From positions 28,379 to 89,935 of the forward strand of contig CAYXKW010000002.1 of NCBI GenBank assembly GCA_964464695.1: 61,557 nucleotides of DNA. The letters are read 5' to 3'. The notes below the pieces were generated by a model. The model worked only from the letters and a program-made list of their open reading frames with translations, was not told the DNA's origin and did not search any database. The DNA is from an uncultured Candidatus Saccharibacteria bacterium. GTDB taxonomy: Bacteria > Patescibacteriota > Minisyncoccia > Phycocordibacterales > UBA5272. The position numbers and the translations under genes are program-made. Positions 27,001 through 39,335 of this stretch are shown piece by piece (the stretch's first letter is position 1; each line of letters opens with the position of its first letter).

Positions 27001-27028
27001 AAGCGCGTCTACGACGCGCTTTAATTTT
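27001..27028 (+). terminator. Rho-independent terminator
   Basis: aagcgcgtc / tac / gacgcgctt followed by taatttt. Confidence 0.6.
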
Positions 27029-27053
27029 GCCAATCCTTTCAATTCGAAAGTCC

Positions 27054-29318
27054 TTATTCCGCCAACCTTTCTGCTTCTTTAAAATTAATCGACAAAAGTT
27101 TACTGCCTCCATCAACACCAATAGTAACCCCGTACAGCATGTCACAGTGATTCATTGTTTCTCTATTATGAGTAATCACGAGAAGTTTACTATGTTCAGA
27201 AAGCCTCTTAAGCATCGCCCCGTATTTACGAGCATTTGATTCATCTAGTGGTGCGTCTGTCTCATCGAGTACCATAAATGGTGGAGGAGTTATTGCACTC
27301 ATTGCAAAAAGGAGAGCAATAGAGACGAGCGCTCGTTCACCACCTGAGAACATGCTTATTTCTTTTACTTTTTTATTTGGTAAAGACACATCTAAATCAA
27401 TCCCCTGTTCTTGTATTTCTTTTCCTTCCTCATCCATCTTAGTAGAAGTCACTAGTACTATTTTTGCTCTTCCACCAACAAAAACTTCTCCGAAAAATGT
27501 ACTGAAAACCTTTGAAACCTCTTGCACTCCTTGTGAAAAACGAGAGGACAGCGTTGATCGCAATTCATCAATAAGTATTAGTAAATTTCTTTCACTTTCT
27601 TTGATATCAGATAATTCTTTAAGAAGATATTCATCACGTTCTTTGGTTGTCGTAAACTCTTTAATAACTTCATCTTTATTTGGAATTCCTGCTTCTTCAA
27701 TACGGAGTTTTGACCGTTCAATACCACGCATAAGATCATGCTTTTGAGTATCACGGTATTTTTCAAGTGGCTGAATTTCCTTATACCCTTGCATATGTTG
27801 CCCAACAATAATCATACCCTCTTTGAGCAATGAGCTTGAGTGGTTACTTCGTAGATCTAACTCGCTCTCTTCTTGTTTTCGTAAATTAATGGTACTTTTT
27901 AATTCTCTTAACTTACTTTCAAGTAGCATTATTTTTTTCTCTTCTTCGTGACGAGTAACAACTGTCTGTTCTACTTGCGTGCCAAGAGCCTCTATCTGCC
28001 CTTCAAGTTTTGCAATTTCTAGCGATAGAAATGTAAGAGTACTTTCATGTTCTTCAATTGAATCAATGATAACCTTTATTTCGTTTTGGATACTCTCTTG
28101 TTTCGTTGTGTCAGCGTTGGTATATTTATTAAAAAATTCATGAGTTGCCTGCGTAACTTCATTTGTTAAAATGGACGCCTTTGGAATATCTGACTCATTT
28201 AATGCTTGTGTAAGAAAGCTCAATCTATTAATAATAGTGATATGACTAATTTTTACTTCAGTCATAGGGATAGTTACCGATGTTACTTCCCTATCCTTAC
28301 TGATCTGTTTTTCTAAAACTGCCTCCTCACCTTCTAATCTTCCAAGAGTTTTTATTACTTGGTCTTTACGTTCAAGTAAAAGTCTAAGCTCTGCATGTAG
28401 TCTATTTTTTTCTGCAGAAATACCAAGATCTTGTTTTGACTTCGTGTCTTTTTTTTGTTCTGTTAAAATAGCAAGCTCTTTTTCAATTGATTGTGTAACA
28501 ACAAGAAGAGAGTCCGATGTTCCTTCTTCATGAATTCTTTCTCGGAGCGCTGCAAGATCTCCATCTTCTTTGTGAAAATACGCAACGAGAAGTCCATGAA
28601 GGTTCTTACGCTCTTCTTCTTGTGATTCAATTTTCTTTACCTGTCGACCAAGATGATCAAGGTGTGGTTTTATTTCTGTACGAAGTAACTCGACTTCTCT
28701 CACGTGTGTTTTTACTTTCTCAAGCTTCCTTGTACTTTCTGCTAGACGTAAATGGTACACACGAAGCCCAAGAGCATCCTCAAGCGCTTCTTTTCTATCT
28801 TTTGGAGATGCTAGTAAAATTCTGTCAGCTTCACCTTGATTAATGATTGTGTGAGCACTTCCACCTATTCCTGCAAATGATAAAAGCTCCTGAACATCTT
28901 TAAGGCGAACCTTTGCATCATTTAAGGTATAGTCGCTTGTCCCATCCGCATAGATGGTACGAGAAAGTGTTAGATGCTCGTAGACAAGGTATGGAGCAAG
29001 TGAGTCACTAATAACTGGATTACTTGAGCTTTGTGCTTTTTTAAGTGCGTCTTTTTTTCTGTTATCAATTACCATGGTAACTGATGCTCGAGACATTGAT
29101 GAAAGATGTTCTGAACCTTTAAAAATAACATCCGAACCTGTTTTCCCGCGCATACTCTTCATTGACTGTTCCCCAAGGACAAATCGGATAGCTTCTGCAA
29201 TATTAGATTTTCCTGAACCATTTGGTCCAACAACACCAGTTACTTGATGGGTTACATCTATAGTTGTTTTCTTGGCAAAAGATTTAAAGCCCTGAATCGT
29301 AATGTAAGAAAGGCGCAT
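27054..29318 (-). CDS. smc: SMC-like chromosome segregation ATPase, short form (754 aa)
   Basis: MRLSYITIQGFKSF ... GPNGSGKSNIAEAIRFVLGEQS at the N-terminus. FSGGERALVSIALLFA ... MVLDETDAPLD at the C-terminus. Coiled-coil-like middle region. Confidence 0.8.
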   Translation of the reverse strand: MRLSYITIQGFKSFAKKTTIDVTHQVTGVVGPNGSGKSNIAEAIRFVLGEQSMKSMRGKTGSDVIFKGSEHLSSMSRASVTMVIDNRKKDALKKAQSSSNPVISDSLAPYLVYEHLTLSRTIYADGTSDYTLNDAKVRLKDVQELLSFAGIGGSAHTIINQGEADRILLASPKDRKEALEDALGLRVYHLRLAESTRKLEKVKTHVREVELLRTEIKPHLDHLGRQVKKIESQEEERKNLHGLLVAYFHKEDGDLAALRERIHEEGTSDSLLVVTQSIEKELAILTEQKKDTKSKQDLGISAEKNRLHAELRLLLERKDQVIKTLGRLEGEEAVLEKQISKDREVTSVTIPMTEVKISHITIINRLSFLTQALNESDIPKASILTNEVTQATHEFFNKYTNADTTKQESIQNEIKVIIDSIEEHESTLTFLSLEIAKLEGQIEALGTQVEQTVVTRHEEEKKIMLLESKLRELKSTINLRKQEESELDLRSNHSSSLLKEGMIIVGQHMQGYKEIQPLEKYRDTQKHDLMRGIERSKLRIEEAGIPNKDEVIKEFTTTKERDEYLLKELSDIKESERNLLILIDELRSTLSSRFSQGVQEVSKVFSTFFGEVFVGGRAKIVLVTSTKMDEEGKEIQEQGIDLDVSLPNKKVKEISMFSGGERALVSIALLFAMSAITPPPFMVLDETDAPLDESNARKYGAMLKRLSEHSKLLVITHNRETMNHCDMLYGVTIGVDGGSKLLSINFKEAERLAE

Positions 29319-29437
29319 AAATAAATAAGGAATATATTTCTTCTTTAGTGTACCACCCAATTCCCTAAACGACATGTGAAAAGTTTATGACAAGGAAAGC
29401 CTGGGTCTCAAGATTGAATATGGTACACTAATACTTT

Positions 29438-30208
29438 ATGACAACACTCCACGCAATCATTCTAGGTATTATTGAGGGACTTACTGAATTTTTACCAATA
29501 TCTTCTACTGGACACATGATACTTGTGTCCCATTTTTTACACATTGTTGACTCTGCAACATTAACAACATTTGAAATAGTTGTGCAGTTAGGGGCAATTC
29601 TTGCTGTTGTTGTTTTATTTTATAAAAAATTATTCCAAATAGAAATGATTAAGAAATTAATCGTTGCATTTATTCCAACTGGAATAATAGGAGTTATTGT
29701 TTACCCACAAATAAAATATCTACTTGGTAGCCAGGTATTAGTTGCTACGATGCTTATTGTTGGAGGAATTATTATCTTACTGGTTGAAAAGAAGTATGCA
29801 AAAGATACAGAGGCTGGAGAAATTATTGAAATCTCAAGCATTTCGTATAAAAACGCTTTTATTCTTGGTCTTTTCCAAACACTTGCAATTATTCCAGGTG
29901 TCTCAAGATCAGGTGCAATGATTGTTGGAGGACTCCTTAGGAGACTTTCAAGAAAAGTTCTTATTGAATTTACCTTTTTACTTGCTGTTCCTACGATGAC
30001 CGTAGCGACACTCTATACAATATTAAAAAAGCATAAGGAACTCACACTTGACTCTGTAAGTCCTATTGTTATTGGGACAATTGTATCGTTTGTCGTTGCA
30101 CTTTTTGTCATTAAATTTGCACTTGAGTATATCCGTAAGCACTCCTTTAGTATTTTTGGATGGTACAGAATTATTGTTGGTGTTATTTTATTGTTTGTCC
30201 TTTTATAG
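29438..30208 (+). CDS. uppP: Undecaprenyl-diphosphate phosphatase
   Basis: GIIEGLTEFLPISSTGHMIL ... PGVSRSGAMIVGG. Confidence 0.9.
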   Translation: MTTLHAIILGIIEGLTEFLPISSTGHMILVSHFLHIVDSATLTTFEIVVQLGAILAVVVLFYKKLFQIEMIKKLIVAFIPTGIIGVIVYPQIKYLLGSQVLVATMLIVGGIIILLVEKKYAKDTEAGEIIEISSISYKNAFILGLFQTLAIIPGVSRSGAMIVGGLLRRLSRKVLIEFTFLLAVPTMTVATLYTILKKHKELTLDSVSPIVIGTIVSFVVALFVIKFALEYIRKHSFSIFGWYRIIVGVILLFVLL

Positions 30209-30220
30209 AAGATAGCTACT

Positions 30221-30251
30221 AAAAAACACATACTCAGGTATGTGTTTTTTT
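30221..30251 (+). terminator. Rho-independent terminator (usable from both sides)
   Basis: aaaaaacacatac / tcag / gtatgtgttttttt. Confidence 0.7.
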
Positions 30252-30269
30252 ATGTAAACTATCAATAAT

Positions 30270-30719
30270 TTAATTACCACCTATATCGCTCATCTTAATT
30301 CCTTGGTTTTTATATTTTTTTGCCAACTTAACACGATTAAGCTGTTTTTCAACATGTCCTTCAAAGAAACTAAAGTCCACATTTTCTTCATTCTCATCTC
30401 GAAGTGCCTGCGCACGCTTAAGTGCTTGCTCTGCTCTGTCATGATCCAATTCTTCAATCATTTCACCACGCTCAAGGAGCACAACTACCTCAGTAATTCC
30501 TTTAAAGTTAGGACGCACATTGACCAAACCTTTATATACAGAATACCCAACACCTTTACCTCCCTTTTTAATAACCATCTCCCCTGCTTTAATAGTTGAA
30601 ACCAAAGCAACGTGCTTATTGAGCACGGTAATCATGCCGCTTGTTGTTGGTAGCGTAATACTATCAACAACTTCGTCAGTGATAACTTTATCTGGGGTGA
30701 TTACTTTTAGTTTTAACAT
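30270..30719 (-). CDS. atpC: ATP synthase F1 epsilon subunit
   Basis: MLKLKVITPDKVI ... LPTTSGMITVLNKHVALVS. Operon position after atpD. Confidence 0.85.
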   Translation of the reverse strand: MLKLKVITPDKVITDEVVDSITLPTTSGMITVLNKHVALVSTIKAGEMVIKKGGKGVGYSVYKGLVNVRPNFKGITEVVVLLERGEMIEELDHDRAEQALKRAQALRDENEENVDFSFFEGHVEKQLNRVKLAKKYKNQGIKMSDIGGN

Positions 30720-30739
30720 GTGAGAGATATACAAACTAA

Positions 30740-32741
<2,002 letters not shown>

Positions 32742-32748
32742 ATATATA

Positions 32749-33597
32749 TTATGCGGAAAGTGCCATAGCTCCTGAACTAATTTCTGCAATTTCTTGTGTT
32801 ACTGCACCTTGTCGTGCGCGGTTATAATACAACTTCAAATCATCTTGCAGCTCCTTTGCGTTATCAGTTGCGTTTTTCATTGCAAGCATACGGGCTGTAT
32901 GTTCAGATGCATAACTTTCAAGAATAGCGCCATAAATAATATTATGGAGCATCATTGGAATAATACTAGACAACACCGTGTCCTGGTCTGGCTCATAGGC
33001 ATACCGCGGCTCTCCTTTCGTGTCTGGTTCACCCTCAGATAAAAATGGAAGGAGTTGAAGATGTGTTGGAGTAAAAGAGCTCCCGTTTATAAAGTGTGTA
33101 TAGATAACACTCACTGTCCCAATCTTCTTTTCTTTATACCAATCAACAACAAGTGTAGAAGTTGCGTGTGCGTCATCTCCAGTTATCAATGAATTATTAA
33201 AAGATGCAAGAACTTCAAGATCAAGTTTCTTTGCAATCTTCTCAGAATACTTTCCAAATGCAATTACTTTTACTTTTTTTCGTTCTTCTTCTGTGTAGGT
33301 AGCGATTAACTTTCGGTATACATTCACATTATAACTTCCACAAAGCCCTTTGTTAGAAGATACTAATATGACCAATTCGTTTTCTACACCATTATGATTA
33401 AGAAGCTCGTGACGAGTATGGGGGTCGAGAGAAATATCATGTAAAATATGCTGAGCTTCTTCATGGAATGGTCGAATAAGCATCGTGTTATCAATTGATT
33501 TCTTCATCTTGGTAGCAGAAATCATCTCCATTGTTTTGGTGATTTTTTTGATACTCCCTACACTTTTTATTTTTTCCTTGATTACTTTTGTTTGCAT
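32749..33597 (-). CDS. atpG: ATP synthase F1 gamma subunit
   Basis: IKKITKTMEMISATKMKK ... ARQGAVTQEIAEISSGA. Confidence 0.9.
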   Translation of the reverse strand: MQTKVIKEKIKSVGSIKKITKTMEMISATKMKKSIDNTMLIRPFHEEAQHILHDISLDPHTRHELLNHNGVENELVILVSSNKGLCGSYNVNVYRKLIATYTEEERKKVKVIAFGKYSEKIAKKLDLEVLASFNNSLITGDDAHATSTLVVDWYKEKKIGTVSVIYTHFINGSSFTPTHLQLLPFLSEGEPDTKGEPRYAYEPDQDTVLSSIIPMMLHNIIYGAILESYASEHTARMLAMKNATDNAKELQDDLKLYYNRARQGAVTQEIAEISSGAMALSA

Positions 33598-33625
33598 AAA
33601 TGTATTACCTCAACCTCTCTATATC

Positions 33626-35128
33626 TTACTCGGGCTTTGTGTACATTGAAGCGTATGTTGTGAGTGCTCCCTTTAAGTTACTCTCAAAATCTTCAGACCA
33701 ATCAGTTGCTAATGAAGTAACAAGTGGAGCGTGAGATGCCTGCATGAACGTATGCATCCCCTTTTCCCAAACAACAACTTCAGCTGGTGTAATCCCATCA
33801 AGAAATCCATTGTTAACTGCGTAAATGGATGCAACTTGAAGTCCAACTGAAAGTGGTTCCCCGTTTGCTTGCTTCAGCACTTCCCCTGTTCTTTTTCCTC
33901 GTTCAATTGTTTTCTTTGTATCTGCATCAAGATCAGAGTCAAACTGTGAGAAACTTTCAAGCTCACGATATTGTGCCATAGCGAGCTTCATTTTACCTGC
34001 ATTTTTCTTCATAGCTTTTGTTTGAGCTGAAGATCCTACACGCGACACTGAGAGACCAACATCAATTGCTGGACGCATACCTTTGTAGAAAAGATTCGCG
34101 TCTAGAAATATCTGACCGTCTGTAATAGAAATAACATTCGTTGGAATATATGCAGATACATCCCCTGCTTGAGTTTCGATGATTGGAAGCGCTGTGATTG
34201 AGCCACCTCCAGCAGCCTCATTACGTCGACATGCTCGCTCAAGAAGACGTGAGTGAAGATAGAAAACATCTCCCGGGTACGCTTCACGTCCAGGTGGACG
34301 CTTAAGAAGAAGTGACATTTCACGGTATGCAACAGCATGTTTTGAAAGATCATCATATACAACAAGTACATCTTTTTTCTTATTCATAAAATATTCTGCA
34401 ACTGAAACTCCAGAATAAGGAGCAAGGTACGAGAGCGTTGCTGAATGAGATGCTCCAGCTAAAACAACTACTGTGTATTCCATTGCACCAGCTTCACGAA
34501 GTTTTTCTACAATCTGAGCAATCTTTGATTCTTTTTGTCCAATTGCAACGTACACACAAATAACCCCAGTTCCTTTTTGGTTGATAATTGTATCGACTGC
34601 AATTGTTGTCTTTCCTGTTTGACGATCACCAATAATAAGTTCACGTTGTCCACGACCAATTGGAATCATGGCATCAATTGCTTTTATCCCAGTCTGAAGC
34701 GCCTGATTCACTGGCTCTCGCTCCATAACTCCTGGTGCAATTTTTTCTACCAACTGCCGTTCTTTAGATTCAACTAGTGGCTCACCATCAAGTGGTTTCA
34801 TGAGTGGGTCAACTACTCGTCCAAGAAGTGATTCACCAACAGGAATAGACAGCACTCGTTTTGTTCGAGTAACCTCCTGTCCTTCACTCACCAAATCAGC
34901 TCCATCAATGATAACAACACCAACCATGTCAGATTCAAGGTTAAGAGCAAGCCCTTTTGCACCAGAAGCAAATGTAACCTCTTCCAAACTAGCGCAAGAA
35001 AGAAGTCCTGATACTCTAGCGATACCATCACTCACTGAGACAACAGTTCCAACTTCTTCTATCTCAACTTTTGTAGAAGCATGAGCAATTTTTTGTTCTA
35101 GTTCTTGAATTATTTTTTCTACTGACAT
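33626..35128 (-). CDS. atpA: ATP synthase F1 alpha subunit
   Basis: [18 protein letters not shown] ... [43 protein letters not shown]. Confidence 0.95.
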   Translation of the reverse strand: MSVEKIIQELEQKIAHASTKVEIEEVGTVVSVSDGIARVSGLLSCASLEEVTFASGAKGLALNLESDMVGVVIIDGADLVSEGQEVTRTKRVLSIPVGESLLGRVVDPLMKPLDGEPLVESKERQLVEKIAPGVMEREPVNQALQTGIKAIDAMIPIGRGQRELIIGDRQTGKTTIAVDTIINQKGTGVICVYVAIGQKESKIAQIVEKLREAGAMEYTVVVLAGASHSATLSYLAPYSGVSVAEYFMNKKKDVLVVYDDLSKHAVAYREMSLLLKRPPGREAYPGDVFYLHSRLLERACRRNEAAGGGSITALPIIETQAGDVSAYIPTNVISITDGQIFLDANLFYKGMRPAIDVGLSVSRVGSSAQTKAMKKNAGKMKLAMAQYRELESFSQFDSDLDADTKKTIERGKRTGEVLKQANGEPLSVGLQVASIYAVNNGFLDGITPAEVVVWEKGMHTFMQASHAPLVTSLATDWSEDFESNLKGALTTYASMYTKPE

Positions 35129-35154
35129 AGTTTTTGTGATTAATGGTTACGTTG

Positions 35155-35502
35155 TTAATTGGTGATTTGTTTAATAATTCTCTGAGCACTCCCATCGTAC
35201 ATCATCCCGTTACACTTTGCTTTAAAACCTGCAAGAATGTTTTTGTTGATAATAACTTCGTGTGGAGCATTGTTGTCGCCAACAATTCCTTTAATTACTT
35301 CAATCGACTGTTTTGAAAGTTCAAATGGGGTCTCTATAAGAATAGTCCCTTTACGATGACTCCCTTGGGACATCTGCAGTAACGACTGTTTAATAGAAGG
35401 AAGTAGAGTGAGTAGGTCGTACTTTGTAAGTAATTCTACAACATCAGCAATAGACGCTTTTCCTTCCAATATGTAGATGGCTAACTTTCGTGAGAGTGGC
35501 AT
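35155..35502 (-). CDS. atpH: ATP synthase F1 delta (OSCP) subunit, short form (115 aa)
   Basis: Operon position between atpF and atpA. C-terminal NILAGFKAKCNGMMYDGSAQRIIKQI matches the OSCP C-terminal motif. Confidence 0.7.
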   Translation of the reverse strand: MPLSRKLAIYILEGKASIADVVELLTKYDLLTLLPSIKQSLLQMSQGSHRKGTILIETPFELSKQSIEVIKGIVGDNNAPHEVIINKNILAGFKAKCNGMMYDGSAQRIIKQITN

Positions 35503-35514
35503 AGATGTGACTGC

Positions 35515-36012
35515 TTATGCTTTCATGTGAGCAATGAGTGCATTATTTTCATCTTCGGTCAGCTCTTTCATAAGTGTTTTTGCGTAAAGGGATGCAACAA
35601 GATGAGGAGCACGCAACGCAAAAGCTTTTTCAACTTCGGCTGCGATATGAGATTCTTGCTCAGTTAACTTTGCCATGCGTATATCAATTGATTCTTGTGT
35701 TTCTTTTTCAATTGTATGCGCAAGATCACGCGCAAGCGCTTCTCCGTTTGCAACGATTACATCACGCTCTTTTTTAGCAGCTTTTAGAATTTCAGCTTTT
35801 TGCTCATCTGCTATGGCGAGTGCCTTTTCTGCATCTCTCGCTTGGTTAAGGCCACGTTCAATAATACTATGACGTGTTGTAATTGTGCTCCCAATTTTTT
35901 TAAAGAAAAATTTATTGAGAAGAAAGAGGATGATAAGAAAGTTGAAAAAGTTAGCAAGCGCAACATGCCAATTAAATCCAACTGAGCCTAAAATGTTAAG
36001 AATTTCTTGCAT
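35515..36012 (-). CDS. atpF: ATP synthase Fo subunit b
   Basis: Single N-terminal TM helix then a long charged helix. Operon position. Confidence 0.8.
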   Translation of the reverse strand: MQEILNILGSVGFNWHVALANFFNFLIILFLLNKFFFKKIGSTITTRHSIIERGLNQARDAEKALAIADEQKAEILKAAKKERDVIVANGEALARDLAHTIEKETQESIDIRMAKLTEQESHIAAEVEKAFALRAPHLVASLYAKTLMKELTEDENNALIAHMKA

Positions 36013-36096
36013 ACAGGTAATTCGTAATCAGATACTTTGTTACAAGTTAAAGAAAATATCACTAACTCCCGACAGAGACCTGACTAACGACTTTTA

Positions 36097-36315
36097 TTAC
36101 TTAAGGAGGAAAAATGCAACTAGCGCAAAGATGGCGGTAGTTTCAGTCATCGCAACACCGATAATCATCTTTGAGAAAAGTGATCCTTCGATGTCTGGGT
36201 TACGCCCAATCGCTTCCATGGTCTTGCCTACAAGGTACCCTTGTCCTATTGCTGTTCCGATCATTGCAAGGATACACATTCCCTTTGCGATATAAATTGC
36301 TGCTTCTGGTGTCAT
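36097..36315 (-). CDS. atpE: ATP synthase Fo subunit c
   Basis: Two-helix hairpin with AIGRNPD loop and the conserved carboxylate in GVAMTETTAIFALV. Confidence 0.9.
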   Translation of the reverse strand: MTPEAAIYIAKGMCILAMIGTAIGQGYLVGKTMEAIGRNPDIEGSLFSKMIIGVAMTETTAIFALVAFFLLK

Positions 36316-36477
36316 GATAAATTATAATTAAGTTTGCTACTAGATGTTCGTGGAATACGTATGTATACCCACGAATTCTAGATGGTTTCAATAAAAATGA
36401 GCCTACTCGGCTTTGGAGAGCAGTATAGCAAATATACATATAATTTGCACCAATAACTTAATAGTGGCTTTTGATTA

Positions 36478-37311
36478 CTAATGCTGCCCTCCTTCTTTTT
36501 TCAGAACAAGAGAATAGTACACCGTCACGAGAGCAACGAATACAATTGATTGGACAACTCCTACTAAAATCCCCATCGCCATCCACACAGCAGGAACAAC
36601 AAATGCAAATGCTCCGAGCAAAATAACAGTAAGTACTTCGTGTGCAAAAAGATTACCAAATAAACGAAGTGAGAGTGAGAGTGTCTTTGCAAGTTCTGAG
36701 ATAATTTCAATCAAACCAACAAAAAAACCAATAATTGCAACCATTCCCTCTCCAAAGCTTCTTTTAAAACCATGTATTACTTGTTTAATCTGAATGAAGT
36801 GCGAGAGATAACCTAACACCCCTTGTTCTTTCATTCCAACAACCTGCATAGTAATAATAACTGCAAGAGCTAGACCAAATGTAGTATTAAAATCAGTTGT
36901 TGCACCACGAAATAGTGGAACATGTTCTCCGTTAACGATAATTGAAAACCCGTTAATACCTGGCATCATTGGAAGTAAATTAGCAACAAGCAAATACAGC
37001 ATGAGTGACCCAACGTATGGAATAACTACATGTGCCTTATGCTTATCTCCAAGAATAGATGTGATAAACGACTCAATCATTTCATACAAAATTTCCATAA
37101 GATGCTGAAATTTAGAAGGAATAAGTTTAAACTTTGAAACAGCAATGCACAGTCCGATCAAGAGAAGTGTAATAAATAGAATGGTTATTGAAGAGGTGGC
37201 TACAGTAAGTGGTCCAATATCCCCTAGTACGGGCGCAGTAATAGACGGAATTTCTTCCTGTGCCTTAAAAAAACTATGACTCTCGACTGTAGCTTCGTGC
37301 ATTTCTTGCAT
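36478..37311 (-). CDS. atpB: ATP synthase Fo subunit a
   Basis: LSLSLRLFGNLFAHEVL with the essential Arg. Polytopic protein. Confidence 0.9.
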   Translation of the reverse strand: MQEMHEATVESHSFFKAQEEIPSITAPVLGDIGPLTVATSSITILFITLLLIGLCIAVSKFKLIPSKFQHLMEILYEMIESFITSILGDKHKAHVVIPYVGSLMLYLLVANLLPMMPGINGFSIIVNGEHVPLFRGATTDFNTTFGLALAVIITMQVVGMKEQGVLGYLSHFIQIKQVIHGFKRSFGEGMVAIIGFFVGLIEIISELAKTLSLSLRLFGNLFAHEVLTVILLGAFAFVVPAVWMAMGILVGVVQSIVFVALVTVYYSLVLKKEGGQH

Positions 37312-37356
37312 AATGAAAGCTATTCTACCATAGTATTAGAAAGTTTTACCAGATTC

Positions 37357-37935
37357 TTACTGTTTATGTCTTGATTCATAACTAAGGTACAAAGACAGGA
37401 AACCAAATAATGAAGTGAGAATTAATATAACACCCTTAAAAGCAAACCAATCCCCTACCGTTAGAACACGTCTTGCTATCTCGTTACTCAGGGCTATCAA
37501 CAAAAAATAAAAAATCCACAGATACGTAAGCTTTTCCCATGCTCGCACTGTCATAGGTAGAACCTTATCAAACGCTATTGATAAGAAACTGATATTAAAC
37601 CTAAGTCCAAGTAAAAGAGTAAGAGCACATGTTACATCATACAAAGTGTCCCTCATCTGTATAAATTTCACATTTCTAAAATGAAGAGTTAGAATACCAA
37701 AAATGATAGTAATGAGCGCAACATACAGTGCAAGATACGGTATTCGTTTCTGAACTCTATACGTAACAATAGTGGAAATAATAGTAGCAACCATAAGAAT
37801 CATCGTTGCTTCATAAACGCGAAAAAATTTAAATGAGGCTAAAAACAAAAGCACTGGCCCAAATTCTAATAACGATGAGGCCACAATATGAGTGAAAATT
37901 TTTTTTGAAAAAATGGAGATACCTTTTTGATTCAT
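37357..37935 (-). CDS. YciB/IspZ-like inner-membrane protein
   Basis: Five-TM layout and LLEFGPVLLFLASFKFFRVYEATMILMVAT resemble septation protein A family N-termini. Start at ATG complement 37933-37935. Confidence 0.45.
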   Translation of the reverse strand: MNQKGISIFSKKIFTHIVASSLLEFGPVLLFLASFKFFRVYEATMILMVATIISTIVTYRVQKRIPYLALYVALITIIFGILTLHFRNVKFIQMRDTLYDVTCALTLLLGLRFNISFLSIAFDKVLPMTVRAWEKLTYLWIFYFLLIALSNEIARRVLTVGDWFAFKGVILILTSLFGFLSLYLSYESRHKQ

Positions 37936-37964
37936 GGTATGATGTACGGTATAGTATAAACCAT

Positions 37965-38681
37965 ATGAATACAATTAGACATTTTTTCAAAAATTTAAAA
38001 ATAACAACACCTGTAGCAATTTTACTTGCCGCAATTATGCTTTCAGTTTCTCACATTGCATATGCAACAATTATTTCAAAATCTGGCGGACAGAAAACTT
38101 TAGAAGCATTCAATGGAAGATCTGTAGATGAATCTGACTTTGCAACCGGTAAAACTAAAAGTGACGTTATTGTAGTTGAATACTCCGACACAGAATGCCC
38201 TTTCTGTGGCCAAGTTTATCCTGCTATGAAGAAACTTCATGAGGAATATGGCAGTAAAGTTTCTTTTGTGTATCGATATTTTCCACTTACACAAATCCAT
38301 CCGAACGCATTTGATGAAGCTCGTGCACTCTACTGTGTAGGAAAAGTAGCAGGTGCAGAAAAACGAAGAGAGTACATCAATGAAATATTCACCTATAAAA
38401 CAAACAAGCAGAATATGACACTGCCAAAAGGTGGCAAGGAATCTCTTGCAAAAAATATCGGTGTAGACGACAAAGCGCTTGCAGCTTGCATGCAAGGGCC
38501 TGAATCAGGAGATGTGGTGACAGCAAGTACACAAGATGGTATTGGTGCAGGTGTTCAAGGAACCCCTTCAACATTCATCCTTGTGAAGACCAAAAAGGGA
38601 TATGATATAGTTGCCCACATTGACGGAGCTCGCCAGTACGAATACTTTGCATCAGCTGTTGAAGAAGCTCTAGCAAGGTAA
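37965..38681 (+). CDS. DsbA-family thiol:disulfide oxidoreductase, membrane anchored
   Basis: TM anchor, CPFC active site (YSDTECPFCGQVYPAM), GTPSTFIL cis-Pro region. Confidence 0.8.
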   Translation: MNTIRHFFKNLKITTPVAILLAAIMLSVSHIAYATIISKSGGQKTLEAFNGRSVDESDFATGKTKSDVIVVEYSDTECPFCGQVYPAMKKLHEEYGSKVSFVYRYFPLTQIHPNAFDEARALYCVGKVAGAEKRREYINEIFTYKTNKQNMTLPKGGKESLAKNIGVDDKALAACMQGPESGDVVTASTQDGIGAGVQGTPSTFILVKTKKGYDIVAHIDGARQYEYFASAVEEALAR

Positions 38682-38710
38682 GAAAAATAGACTTAAGGTT
38701 GCTACACATA

Positions 38711-38737
38711 ATTGCCCTGCCCTTCGGACAGGGCAAT
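38711..38737 (+). terminator. Terminator hairpin after the dsbA-like gene
   Basis: attgccctg / cccttcgga / cagggcaat followed by ttgttt. Confidence 0.6.
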
Positions 38738-38922
38738 TTGTTTCATAGTTTTGAAGGAATTAGCCGTATCTAACTTTGTCCCCTTTACAAGCTAACTTGA
38801 CAGGAGTAGGATAACTAGGTGGCACCCGATATACACGGGCCACCCACAAAAAAAGAGAGTGACAATACCTGAAAAAAGGTAAAGTCACACAGTTCATTTT
38901 CACATAGAATGAGGCACACAAT

Positions 38923-39309
38923 ATGGCACAGAAAGTAACCCCGACAACAGGGGGACAAGAATTCATGGCGGCAATGGACGATGAGGCGAACTTGATTGAG
39001 CGCTTCTTCGAAAAAGTCAGCAAGTTGCGAAGAGGCATCCTGATTCAGTACTTTCCACGAACTGGTCAGTACTCCGGGACCCCTCTCGAACATCAGCTGC
39101 CTCGCACTGATGTGCAGATGATTCACAATGGCGGGGCCTGGGTCAGTTTCAGCCTCGCTGGTGTCATTTACCGCACTGAGACCATTGCGTGCTACAAGGC
39201 ATTCATTGCTTGGATCAAGGAGCTCCTCGATGACACCAAGCAAGCCGCCGCTTGGGCATCCGGAATTCTGCACGCGCCGGTCGGCATTCGTTTCTACACA
39301 CCTCGCTAA
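38923..39309 (+). CDS. Hypothetical 128-aa protein encoded by a GC-rich, GC3-rich foreign-looking gene
   Basis: Protein-like composition. Codons mostly end in G/C, unlike all neighbours. Followed by a strong terminator. Confidence 0.6.
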   Translation: MAQKVTPTTGGQEFMAAMDDEANLIERFFEKVSKLRRGILIQYFPRTGQYSGTPLEHQLPRTDVQMIHNGGAWVSFSLAGVIYRTETIACYKAFIAWIKELLDDTKQAAAWASGILHAPVGIRFYTPR

Positions 39310-39335
39310 GCTCCGATAACGGGCTGATGCACTAG

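Noticed and set aside
27001-27021. Shared 11-nt core cgtctacgacg in the terminators at 27001 and 57111, as evidence of another repeat family.
   Set aside because: The core is itself a short palindrome (cgtc-tac-gacg) and the flanking stems differ. Two occurrences are not enough to separate this from chance.
35885-36295. 136-aa plus-strand ORF, and many similar 60-150-aa ORFs antisense to atp, smc, rnr, HK, uvrB, tgt, gap and other genes.
   Set aside because: Each lies fully inside, and antisense to, a gene with strong family signatures. They are typical shadow ORFs.
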